Shown: positions 26,457-34,392, numbered from the stretch's first letter. The stretch is DNA of 42,900 bases from an uncultured Desulfobacteraceae bacterium (GCA_964440555.1 CAYTSY010000008.1:1-42900); one strand, 5' to 3'. Made by a program: numbers and translations. The notes: generated by a model from the sequence alone, not told the origin.

Positions 26457-27351
26457 GTCTTTCACAAATAAAGTCAATGGTTTGTTTGTGCTCCTCATTG
26501 CCCCGGCCCTTGACCCACAGGGGCTCTCCAAAGGAAAAATACACTTTTTTGTTTTTTTTGATGCTTCCGAATTCTTTGAGGATCTTTCCATTTTCCCATG
26601 CATCGGTCATCAATGCCAGCGGGACAACGGGAACCCCGGCGTTTTTGGCCAGTTTTACGCCAATGGAGTTGAACTGAGAGGGATCCAATGACCGGGCCCG
26701 GGTGCTCTGGGGAAATACGACAACAGATATTCCCTGTTGCAACCTGCTTTTCCCTTCCTCAAGAATGACTTTATAATCCAGGCGCGGATTTGTCCTGCCG
26801 ACGGAAATAGGATTTCTGGATCTCATGATATGCTTGAACACAGGATATTCAAGAAGACCTTGTTTGACGATGAATGTCATCGGGCGAACGGGATAAATTA
26901 TGATCGGCAACGCCATGGTTTCAAGGACGCTCATATGGTTTCCGATGATAACGCAGGGGGTTTTAAGGTCCATGAGATGCTCAATCCCCGTAATTTCAAT
27001 CTCCACGCCCACGTTTTCCAGTGACCGGAAAACATCCAAACTGCTTTCGCACCAGTCCTTATCACCGTACCGTCCCCTTTTTACCCTCCAGCTCGCCTTA
27101 ATAATGATGGAAATAAAATTTTTATAAAAAAAGACGGTTGGAAAGATTCTTGAAAAAAAAGGAACGGTTTTATGTTCTGTTCGATATATCGAATTCGTAT
27201 AGTGCAATTGGTTCATACCCGTTATTCGATTTTTTTTGATATATGCCGTGTAAATTGACTCCACCCTTTTCCAGTCTTTTATCAGATGTCCGGAAGGAGA
27301 AAAAAGGGTCAAACCATGATTATGGATTAAAAGATTTTCAATAGCCGCCAA
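26428..27351 (-). CDS. Lysophospholipid/1-acyl-glycerol-3-phosphate acyltransferase family protein (PlsC-like)
   Basis: Motif-I-like GNHMSVLET (H-x4-E rather than H-x4-D), then FIVK, VVFPQSTR and VPVVP. The start is uncertain (TTG at 27351). Its 3' end overlaps convergent rsmG by 29 nt. Confidence 0.65.
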   Translation of the reverse strand: MAAIENLLIHNHGLTLFSPSGHLIKDWKRVESIYTAYIKKNRITGMNQLHYTNSIYRTEHKTVPFFSRIFPTVFFYKNFISIIIKASWRVKRGRYGDKDWCESSLDVFRSLENVGVEIEITGIEHLMDLKTPCVIIGNHMSVLETMALPIIIYPVRPMTFIVKQGLLEYPVFKHIMRSRNPISVGRTNPRLDYKVILEEGKSRLQQGISVVVFPQSTRARSLDPSQFNSIGVKLAKNAGVPVVPLALMTDAWENGKILKEFGSIKKNKKVYFSFGEPLWVKGRGNEEHKQTIDFICERLSQFPPAAS

Positions 27352-27371
27352 TCACGGTTTGACCCATAGGC

Positions 27372-27632
27372 TTACATGCCGGGTTTGTATCTTTCGGCGG
27401 TATCTTTGAGTTGGGCAATCTCCAGACCGAGACTTATGCATTGTTTGCCGTCCATGCAAAGGGCTGCATCTTTTTCTTCAAGGTAATGCTTGATCGTATT
27501 CTTATCTTTTTTAAGATATACCGCCCACGCTTTCTGTTCTTTGTCGTATTCTACTGTCACATCAATACCGCATTCGCCTATGTCCGGATAAACAGATTGA
27601 ATCTTTTTACAAAGCGCTTCTTTTTCGTACAT
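27372..27632 (-). CDS. Small hypothetical protein (86 aa, four Cys)
   Basis: Clean ORF with GGGGGAAACC upstream of the ATG. No recognisable family. Confidence 0.45.
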   Translation of the reverse strand: MYEKEALCKKIQSVYPDIGECGIDVTVEYDKEQKAWAVYLKKDKNTIKHYLEEKDAALCMDGKQCISLGLEIAQLKDTAERYKPGM

Positions 27633-27674
27633 GGTTTCCCCCTTTCTTGGAAAAACGGTTTATTTGAGTTTAAG

Positions 27675-28046
27675 TTATATGAGCATTTCAACTTCAATGT
27701 CTAATCCCTTGGCAATTATTTTTAATGAATCAATTGTGGGGTTTCTTTTACCGTTCTCTATCTGAGAAAGATAGGCTGCACTGATGCCAACTTTTTTAGC
27801 CAGCTCATTCATTTTGATTTTCTTATATTCTCTCCATGCACGGATAGGGCTGATTCCGTCAAGAACGGCAAAAGTGACTTCACCTGGAACTGTTATTTCT
27901 TTGCCTTCCTGAATGGCTTTTACATTTCTTTCTATATCTTGTATATCCTCAGCATCTTCCAGCGCTTCCTGAATTTTTTTATATTCACTGAAAGGGATAA
28001 CAGCCCATTCGGGTTTTCCATTTTTTTCTATAATTTGAACACTCAT
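27675..28046 (-). CDS. Type II antitoxin, XRE-family HTH with N-terminal Phd-like extension
   Basis: C-terminal HTH MNELAKKVGISAAYLSQIENGKRNPTIDSL. There is a 4-nt overlap with the upstream RelE-like gene. Confidence 0.75.
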   Translation of the reverse strand: MSVQIIEKNGKPEWAVIPFSEYKKIQEALEDAEDIQDIERNVKAIQEGKEITVPGEVTFAVLDGISPIRAWREYKKIKMNELAKKVGISAAYLSQIENGKRNPTIDSLKIIAKGLDIEVEMLI

Positions 28047-28297
28047 TTGTATACCTCCCCTCGAGTTTTTAAGGTGATAACGTGGATTAAAAGTTCATCG
28101 TCGTTAACGGTGTATACGATTCTCCAATCACCGACTCGAAGTCTATAGCCCGGATGGCCCGTTAATTTTTTTACATTACGCATCCCATTGGGATTATGCG
28201 CTAATTCTTGTATTTTCTTTCCGATGGTTAATGCAACAGTGCGCGGCATTCTTCGAAGCGTCTTGTCCGCATCTTTGCTGAAAGTTATTTTGTACAT
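28043..28297 (-). CDS. Type II toxin, RelE/ParE family
   Basis: MYKITFSKDADKTLRRMP...KLTGHPGYRLRVGDWRIVYTVNDDELLIHVITLKTRGEVY is a classic RelE/StbE pattern. The gene order is toxin first (HigBA-like). Confidence 0.8.
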   Translation of the reverse strand: MYKITFSKDADKTLRRMPRTVALTIGKKIQELAHNPNGMRNVKKLTGHPGYRLRVGDWRIVYTVNDDELLIHVITLKTRGEVYK

Positions 28298-28381
28298 GTT
28301 GTATATGTTAACAAAAAGAAACAAAAAAGCAAGATTAAAGTTAGCTGGTAGTTATTTTATCACACTGCAGAAATGAGGATG

Positions 28382-29011
28382 TCAGCCCATCGGATAAACA
28401 GCAAATATCGTGCAGCTCCAGATGGAATGGGAGATGATCACCGCAGCCAGGCTTTTCGTCCGCCAGTACAGGGCGCCCCAAAAGGCGCCGGCTACGGCAG
28501 CGGCGCCGATTAGCATGAAATTGAACGACCAGATATGAACTCCGGCATAGACCGCGGTTGACAGGAGCCACCCCTGCCATCCGCCGAAGCGGTTGATCAG
28601 GTTTTTTTGAAGATATCCCCGCCAGTATATTTCTTCGCAGGGCCCGGTGATGAAGAAAAGCAGAAGCGAGATGACCCACACGGGCGTTCCGGCGCCTTTA
28701 TCGTAAATTCCTCCGATCTGCTGGTCGGCAAAGGGCAGGAGGAACCCGGAAACTTTTTTCCCCATCCAGAAAATTCCATATAGCACTGCCGCCGATGCCA
28801 CACCCAGAAGAATGGCCCTGCCGTTAAAGGCCAGGGAATCTTTTTGATCCTTTTGCAGCAAAAAAGACAACGCCGCCAAAGTCGTTGCCGATGCGGAAAT
28901 TTTAATCCAAAAGGTGGCCCATGTCAGATAAAACGTGACAAACCACAATACGGCCGCCAGCAAGACCGTCCCGATCACTGGAGCCGGCAACTTCTTGCTT
29001 TGATTCAACAC
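28382..29011 (-). CDS. CPBP-family intramembrane glutamic endopeptidase (CAAX protease-like)
   Basis: Contains PCEEIYWRGY, AVYAGVHIW and IISHSIWS motifs. The GTG at 29011 overlaps the upstream stop (GTGTTGA). The ORF-track start at 29164 would overlap the prenyltransferase by 160 nt. Confidence 0.75.
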   Translation of the reverse strand: MLNQSKKLPAPVIGTVLLAAVLWFVTFYLTWATFWIKISASATTLAALSFLLQKDQKDSLAFNGRAILLGVASAAVLYGIFWMGKKVSGFLLPFADQQIGGIYDKGAGTPVWVISLLLFFITGPCEEIYWRGYLQKNLINRFGGWQGWLLSTAVYAGVHIWSFNFMLIGAAAVAGAFWGALYWRTKSLAAVIISHSIWSCTIFAVYPMG

Positions 29012-30018
29012 ACGCCCTCCAGGATCAGGGAAAGAACCAGCAATACACCGAATGCCGTATCCAATTGCGCGGTCCGGGCGTCGGCATCGCTGGGCATCTG
29101 CCTGATCATCAGGCGAAACAAACGCAGTGCCAGGGGAATCGAAAGCAGTACTATAAGCGACCATAAATGCAGAGGACCGAAAAAAGACATCGCCACGACG
29201 CCCAGATACGCCATGAGGATCAGAATGTAGTATAATGTCAGACCTTTTCGTTGCCCCAACAGAATGGCCAGCGTTGAAATCCCCTTGCTGTGATCGTGGG
29301 CGATATCGCGGATATTATTGGCCAGCAGAACCAGCGCAACCAGAATTCCGAAGGGCAGGGATATCCAAAAGGCGTTCATGCTTAACGTCTGTCTCTGAAC
29401 AAAATAGGCGCCCTCCACCATCAATGGGCCCCACATGAGAAATACGGACACCTCCCCCAGGGCAAGATATTTGTATTTCAGCGGGGGCGCCGTGTACATC
29501 AGGCTGGCAAACACACCGATCAGGCAAATGGCCAGAAGCTCCCATCCGCGGGTCGCCACCAGGAAGAGACCGATTAAAGCTGAGATCCCATATAGTAAAA
29601 TTACCGCTATGCCGATTTGCTTTTCGGTCAATTTCCCTTCCACCAATGGATGCGGGCGATATTGGGCGGTGGAGGCGTCGCAGGTATCCACCCCGTTTTT
29701 AACGTCATAGTAATCATTGACCAGGTTGGTGGCGGCATGCACGGCAACAGCCCCAAGCAGGGTGATGGAATAATAAATCCATGAAAAATTGCCGTCCAAT
29801 GACGCCAGGACGCTGCCCACGCTTACGGAAATTGCGCTCATCGTAAAAGACCACGGGCGGCTGGCCAGAAACCAGTTTCGATAAACGTTCACTCTAAAAT
29901 AATTCCTTCCTGCATAAACAAATGCTTTACCAGTTTTTAAAATAACAGATGATAAAAACCGGTAACTCCCATATCGGAGTTTGGGAGGGTTGTCAACGGC
30001 GCCTTTTCCCCTCAGCAA
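29005..30018 (-). CDS. UbiA-superfamily prenyltransferase, MenA-like (1,4-dihydroxy-2-naphthoate prenyltransferase family)
   Basis: Contains NLVNDYYDVKNGVD and NNIRDIAHD aspartate-rich motifs and about 8 TM segments. An alternative GTG start at 29892 is likely. Confidence 0.75.
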   Translation of the reverse strand: MLRGKGAVDNPPKLRYGSYRFLSSVILKTGKAFVYAGRNYFRVNVYRNWFLASRPWSFTMSAISVSVGSVLASLDGNFSWIYYSITLLGAVAVHAATNLVNDYYDVKNGVDTCDASTAQYRPHPLVEGKLTEKQIGIAVILLYGISALIGLFLVATRGWELLAICLIGVFASLMYTAPPLKYKYLALGEVSVFLMWGPLMVEGAYFVQRQTLSMNAFWISLPFGILVALVLLANNIRDIAHDHSKGISTLAILLGQRKGLTLYYILILMAYLGVVAMSFFGPLHLWSLIVLLSIPLALRLFRLMIRQMPSDADARTAQLDTAFGVLLVLSLILEGVC

Positions 30019-30036
30019 CCCCCGGTCAACGTTTTT

Positions 30037-30687
30037 CTAGTCGGGAGCGCCGGCCTTTTCCCAATCTTCGATTTCAACGTGAGACTCAACTTCTTCCCAG
30101 CCGGTAATCATGGCTTTGATATGGGCGCAGATCGTATGGCCGGTTGTGGTCATATAAACATGAACGGCCACAAAGGATAAAATGAGAAAGGCCCCTGCCA
30201 TATGAATTGCTGCGATCATCCCCAGGGAAAGAAATTGGGAAGCACCGTCCGGCCAGGAATTGTACGACCAGTATAAAAAACCTGTTGTCATCTGTATGGG
30301 CAGCATAACGGCTGCCAGGGACAGATAGGTCAGGCGTTGAAGCGGGTTGTGCTTGGCATCTTTGCGTTTTGGGGCAGGATGGGGCCGGCCCAGGAAGATG
30401 CCATGGGCATAATAAAGAATCACGGCGAGCATTTTTTTGGTTGTCGGGATGTAACTGCGCCACTCCCCGGTGGTAAAAATCCAGAACACGAAAAAGCCGA
30501 AAGCGATGAGCCAGGTGATGCCCAAAAAATTATGGACGGCAACCGCAGATTCAAATCCGAAAAGCGTATAGACACCGTGAATTTCAAGTCCTGTGACCAG
30601 GAGCAGGACAATCAGAATCATTTGAAGCCAATGCCAGGCTCTTTCGTAGCGCGTGTAGAGATAAATACGGGTCATATGGTCGGCCAT
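30037..30687 (-). CDS. Membrane di-heme cytochrome b (Ni/Fe-hydrogenase/FdnI-type cytochrome b family)
   Basis: 4-5 TM helices with conserved His (ERAWHWLQ, AVHNFLG, AAIHMAGAF, AVHVYMT). It starts 3 nt after the stop of the octaheme cytochrome gene. Confidence 0.7.
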   Translation of the reverse strand: MADHMTRIYLYTRYERAWHWLQMILIVLLLVTGLEIHGVYTLFGFESAVAVHNFLGITWLIAFGFFVFWIFTTGEWRSYIPTTKKMLAVILYYAHGIFLGRPHPAPKRKDAKHNPLQRLTYLSLAAVMLPIQMTTGFLYWSYNSWPDGASQFLSLGMIAAIHMAGAFLILSFVAVHVYMTTTGHTICAHIKAMITGWEEVESHVEIEDWEKAGAPD

Positions 30688-30690
30688 GCG

Positions 30691-32316
30691 TCAATTCTCC
30701 TTTCTGCGAAAGCTTGCGATCACCCGTCCCAATCCATGGACAAACACGCCGAAAAACGAACCGGCAACCATGGCCCACCCGAGGATATCAATCGGTTTGA
30801 AACGGTCCCGGCCGGGCATATAGAAACCGGCGAGGTCAGCCATGCGGCCATTGGAATCAACGTGGCATTCCACGCATTTAACGACATTGTTTTTGGGCGC
30901 AACCATATGGGTGATGGGATAGACGTAGGTGCTGTCCACGAAATCGAATTTTCCGGAAAACGGCAACCCCATGAAATCCATCCCCTTTTTAAGCGCGCCG
31001 TCCCAGTCCAGAGTAGTCCAATATCCGTCGGGGCCGGACAAAAGCGGCGCCAGAAGGGTATTGTTGATTTTGTCATAAGGCTGTTTTCCCCGGTGAACCT
31101 TAAAGGGGAAAATACGGGCGTTTTTGTCATTTTGATCGCCTAAAGGCCGGCTGACGCGAACCGGTTGGGACGGGTCGATCACATCTTTTACCGTGAGGGT
31201 CACGATGGAGCCATTGAACCAGAAATATTCCGGCATAACATTTTTTTCCCATTTCATCTGCCCCTTGATGGAAAGGTAGTCGTCCTTACCCAACTCGCCC
31301 TTGACCGTGAAGGGTTTCCCGGCCTTTGTTTTGCCGGCTTTGGACCAGTCCCAGCTCATTTTGGTAGGATTGACCCGCGCAAATGTCGGGATATGGCAGG
31401 ATTGGCATGCCACTTTGTCCGTGTGGTCGTTGGGTTTATCTCCTGATTCGTGAGGAAAGGCCGTGTGACAGGATTCACAAGTGATTTTAGGCGTCAGGTC
31501 GTCTTCGACCAGACTTTTACGGTCTTTTGCCGCCGGTATGGTATAGATTCTCCCGGCTATGCGGTGTTGTTTGGTGGTATGGCATCGGGTGCAGGCAAAG
31601 TCCTGGCCGTCAGCGCCCATGTGAACATCCAGCGTCTTGTTGGGATCGGCCATGGAGGAGTCCAGGTCCCCATGTTTGACGCCGTCGCCGCCGCCGCCGT
31701 AAAAATGGCATGAACCGCAATTTTTACGGCCCGGCCGGGCCACCTGGGAAACGGCATTCTGAAGGTCCTTTTGAATTTCCGCAGCGATTTCCTTCTCCGC
31801 CGGATCATCTGATTCGGAGAAATACCCATAATCCTCAAAGGCTTCTGAAAAATTGAATTCCTTTTGGCCATGACAGACCAGACAGTTGACCAGGTCGGCT
31901 TTGCCGTTCCAGCCGGTATGGCAGGCCTGGCATTGTTTGTCATTCATGTAATTGGTCGAGATGCAGAAATTGTTGACCGAATCCCCGGCTTTTCCGGTTT
32001 TCTTCCCGTTGATTTCGGTGGGCGCAAGCCATGTCCAGTGGATAGTTTGCGTAAACTGCCGATGAGCCTCGGAGTGACAGGAGATGCAGGCGCCGGTGAT
32101 CTGTGATCCGGATTCAAAGGCCTGTTGGAGGGCTTTATGCTTGGTGTGGTCCGTCGTGGACCAATGCGTGCCGTCCTTGGTGGCCTGTCTGGCCATGGCG
32201 CGTCCAACGGGCCGGCGCTCATCCTGGGCGTTGAGATCAGAAATCGCCGTCGATAAGGATAAGACCAGACCGATCAGCACCGGAAATCCACATAACCGGA
32301 AAATATTTCGTTTCAT
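30691..32316 (-). CDS. Octaheme c-type cytochrome, tetrathionate-reductase (Otr) family-like, with C-terminal TM anchor
   Basis: Eight CxxCH motifs: CISCH, CQACH, CLVCH, CGSCH, CTRCH, CESCH, CQSCH, CVECH. Signal peptide from the ATG at 32316 (MKRNIFRLCGFPVLIGLVLSLS). Otr-like N-terminus STTDHTKHKAL...CISCH...HWTW. C-terminal hydrophobic helix ILGWAMVAGSFFGVFVHGLG. Confidence 0.85.
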   Translation of the reverse strand: MKRNIFRLCGFPVLIGLVLSLSTAISDLNAQDERRPVGRAMARQATKDGTHWSTTDHTKHKALQQAFESGSQITGACISCHSEAHRQFTQTIHWTWLAPTEINGKKTGKAGDSVNNFCISTNYMNDKQCQACHTGWNGKADLVNCLVCHGQKEFNFSEAFEDYGYFSESDDPAEKEIAAEIQKDLQNAVSQVARPGRKNCGSCHFYGGGGDGVKHGDLDSSMADPNKTLDVHMGADGQDFACTRCHTTKQHRIAGRIYTIPAAKDRKSLVEDDLTPKITCESCHTAFPHESGDKPNDHTDKVACQSCHIPTFARVNPTKMSWDWSKAGKTKAGKPFTVKGELGKDDYLSIKGQMKWEKNVMPEYFWFNGSIVTLTVKDVIDPSQPVRVSRPLGDQNDKNARIFPFKVHRGKQPYDKINNTLLAPLLSGPDGYWTTLDWDGALKKGMDFMGLPFSGKFDFVDSTYVYPITHMVAPKNNVVKCVECHVDSNGRMADLAGFYMPGRDRFKPIDILGWAMVAGSFFGVFVHGLGRVIASFRRKEN

Positions 32317-32336
32317 GTCGTTTCTCCGCTTATTCC

Positions 32337-32359
32337 CCCTCCCCCTCGATGGGGGAGGG
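32337..32359 (-). other. Perfect 9-bp G/C hairpin between the small secreted protein gene and the octaheme cytochrome gene
   Basis: On the + strand: CCCTCCCCC-tcgat-GGGGGAGGG. It sits 17 nt after the upstream stop and about 20 nt before the octaheme ATG, with no T tract. Confidence 0.45.
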
Positions 32360-32375
32360 CCGGGGGGTGCGGGAT

Positions 32376-32723
32376 TTATTTGCATTTTGCCGGCGCAGGC
32401 GAATCCGCGGCGTGGTCATGCAGGTACGTATAGATGTCCAACAACTCCTGTGCAGAGAGTTTGTCCCATTCCGCCTTGCATCCGAATTCCTCAAAGTCTT
32501 TGCCGGCAAAGACTTTTTTCCATTGCGCCTGTGTTTTGCTGTCCGGGCCGATTGCCGGTTTTGCGGAATCTGTGCCGCCCCGTTCATGACACAGTTTGTA
32601 AATGTTGCGATAGGCGTATTTACCTTTTCTTCCATCCCCCTTGTCTTCCGACAACGCCGAACCGATGCAGGTCAATACGAATACAACCGATAAAATGCCG
32701 ATCCACCATTTTTTGTTCATCAT
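32376..32723 (-). CDS. Small secreted protein, cytochrome-c-like layout but with a lone CH (YKLCH) instead of CxxCH
   Basis: Signal peptide MMNKKWWIGILSVVFVLTCIGSALS. The mature region has GKYAYRNIYKLCHERGG...P..KTQAQWKKVF...LSAQELLDIYTYLHDHAADSPAPAKC. Confidence 0.55.
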   Translation of the reverse strand: MMNKKWWIGILSVVFVLTCIGSALSEDKGDGRKGKYAYRNIYKLCHERGGTDSAKPAIGPDSKTQAQWKKVFAGKDFEEFGCKAEWDKLSAQELLDIYTYLHDHAADSPAPAKCK

Positions 32724-32764
32724 GTCTCCTTTTGGCTTAAGCTGAGTTTGAGATAATACCTTTA

Positions 32765-33079
32765 TTAAAAAACCAGATAACGGTCAACCATGTTTAACAT
32801 TTCCGCGTTTCTCCCCTGGGTGGCAAAATCCTTGAATCCGACGCCGGGGACCTCCTGTTCACGGCCATGAAGACCGTTGGCGCGAAAACTGACATCGCAA
32901 ATGGAGAGCTTCGCCTTTCCCACCAGTTGTTTAAATTCCTGCGCCATGGTCAGAAGGACCCCTTTTCCGGTGAAAAAAATACGCACCTGTATGGCTTTTT
33001 CATGAGCTGCGGCGGTCAGTTTGACCACATCGGCCAGATGCCGGTCGGAGCTGACGAGGATGCCGAGGGTTTTTTCCAT
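32765..33079 (-). CDS. DsrE/DsrF-like family protein
   Basis: 104 aa. LGILVSSD...LTAAAHEKAIQVRIFFTGKGV...LSICDVSFRANGL...DRYLVF has the length and pattern of the DsrE/F fold, with one candidate active Cys. Confidence 0.55.
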   Translation of the reverse strand: MEKTLGILVSSDRHLADVVKLTAAAHEKAIQVRIFFTGKGVLLTMAQEFKQLVGKAKLSICDVSFRANGLHGREQEVPGVGFKDFATQGRNAEMLNMVDRYLVF

Positions 33080-33093
33080 GGATGACTCCTTTA

Positions 33094-33615
33094 TCAGAGT
33101 GTTGAGTTTTGGGTTTTGGGTTTTGAGTTTTGGGTCATGGCCCGGGTCACTTTTTCAAAAAGAGTTTCCCGGACGTTTTTATCCGTCGCATACTTGAGGA
33201 TCAGCAGATAGATCCCTTCCCGGATGAGATCCGACTCATCTTTATTTCTGTTGCATTCAACACGCTTGAGTACTCCCAGCAATTCAGAGACTTCCGGGCT
33301 GATCCGGGTCCTGACCTCGATGGACAGGGGGCCCATGGCTTCGAAGGGGATTTCTTCGCTTCCTTCCCGGCAGGCGTCGTCGTGAGATGCATACTGAACG
33401 ATGAGGCGGTAGCACTCCATGGCCTTGTCCGCAAATCGCTGCTTTAAAAACTCTTCGCCCAGAGACGTGATGATTTTCCTGGCCCAGAAGGCTTCATCGC
33501 TGTCTGAGCCGTATTTTTCGAGTACTTTTGTAGCTGATTCAAGCGCACGGTCATAGCACGCGCAACGTTCCAGGACCATGGCCCTGACAAGATCCTTATC
33601 CATCTGTTCCTCCAT
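33094..33615 (-). CDS. Conserved hypothetical protein; C-terminal part resembles a ribbon-helix-helix (CopG-like) domain
   Basis: 173 aa with five Cys (RCAC, ECY, DACR, VEC). The C-terminal LSIEVRTRISPEVSELLGVLKRVE...DLIREGIYLLILKY fits a beta-alpha-alpha pattern. The last 13 codons translate the heptamer repeat. Confidence 0.5.
   Translation of the reverse strand: MEEQMDKDLVRAMVLERCACYDRALESATKVLEKYGSDSDEAFWARKIITSLGEEFLKQRFADKAMECYRLIVQYASHDDACREGSEEIPFEAMGPLSIEVRTRISPEVSELLGVLKRVECNRNKDESDLIREGIYLLILKYATDKNVRETLFEKVTRAMTQNSKPKTQNSTL
33099..33136. repeat. Heptamer array GTGTTGA GTTTTGG GTTTTGG GTTTTGA GTTTTGG GTC
   Basis: Read directly. It uses the same units as 12685-12716 and overlaps the 3' end of CDS 33094-33615. 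Confidence 0.85.
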
Positions 33616-33636
33616 ATCCCCGCAGCGGTTAATTTT

Positions 33637-33810
33637 TTACCACCAGCAAATTACTTTATCGTGGGAAAAGATCTCATCCACCAGGGCGGCCCAATCCACC
33701 TCTTTTTCATAAAGGGCCTTTACGGACGATTCGCCGGATTTTGAGACCAACCCGCAAAGTTTTTCCACTGTTTCATCGGGTTCGGACCGTAAAATATGAA
33801 GCACTTTCAT
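33637..33810 (-). CDS. Small conserved hypothetical protein (DsrH/TusB-like size)
   Basis: The ATG at 33810 is preceded by GAGGGAA. MKVLHILRSEPDETVEKL... ends in ICWW. The family call is tentative. Confidence 0.45.
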   Translation of the reverse strand: MKVLHILRSEPDETVEKLCGLVSKSGESSVKALYEKEVDWAALVDEIFSHDKVICWW

Positions 33811-33818
33811 TTGTTCCC

Positions 33819-34106
33819 TCAAAAGGGGATGACGACATCCGCCTCGTTTATTTTTTCAGCAATCTCGGCCATGGTCGCATACTGAAAGCCGTAGTTTTCA
33901 ACGTTGACCGGGTCGTTTGAAAATCGCTTTCCTTCCATTTCATCCAAAAAATCCATGTTGTCCTGATAGGCTTCATCCATGTTGACGATCGGGTGATGAA
34001 GGACGACCATGGTCACCTCAGTGTCTTCAAGCAACAACCCCAGGCTGGTTCTTAAACCCTCGTATTGCTGTTCGACGTCTTTGATTAGAACGATTGCTTT
34101 TTTCAT
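33819..34106 (-). CDS. DsrE-like fold protein lacking Cys (DsrF/H-like)
   Basis: 95 aa. MKKAIVLIKD...VTMVVLHHPIV...ADVVIPF has a DsrEFH-like length and beta-alpha pattern, with no cysteine. Confidence 0.5.
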   Translation of the reverse strand: MKKAIVLIKDVEQQYEGLRTSLGLLLEDTEVTMVVLHHPIVNMDEAYQDNMDFLDEMEGKRFSNDPVNVENYGFQYATMAEIAEKINEADVVIPF

Positions 34107-34124
34107 CTGTTGTAGCCTTTGGTT

Positions 34125-34370
34125 TCAGCCTTTTTTAATATAATAACGGGTAAATCCCGCTGAATCATCCACCATTCCCAAAAACGCGTTGCCTCCCTTG
34201 GCGCCGAAGTCCGGGATATCGTTTTTCGAACCCGGGTCCGTTCCCAGAATTTCCAGAATTTGTCCTGTCTTCATGTCCTTGAGCATTTTTTTTGTTTTAA
34301 GCAACGGCATGGGACAGGTTAATCCCCGGGCGTCGAGCAATTTGTCTGCCTGAATCGAATTGACATCCAT
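34125..34370 (-). CDS. tusA: TusA-family sulfurtransferase (SirA-like)
   Basis: 81 aa with the canonical LDARGLTCPMPLLKTKKML motif (the CPxP active-site Cys). Confidence 0.85.
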   Translation of the reverse strand: MDVNSIQADKLLDARGLTCPMPLLKTKKMLKDMKTGQILEILGTDPGSKNDIPDFGAKGGNAFLGMVDDSAGFTRYYIKKG

Positions 34371-34392
34371 TTTATACTCATCCTTTCGATGA

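Noticed and set aside
29012-29164. The longer CPBP protease start at 29164
   Set aside because: It would overlap the MenA-like gene by 160 nt, and the extra residues are not hydrophobic or CPBP-like. The GTG at 29011, which overlaps the upstream TGA, is preferred.
30337-31143. 268-aa plus-strand ORF, and the similar 32084-32740 (218 aa)
   Set aside because: Both lie antisense to the cytochrome b / octaheme cytochrome genes, whose CxxCH and His motifs clearly identify the minus strand as coding.
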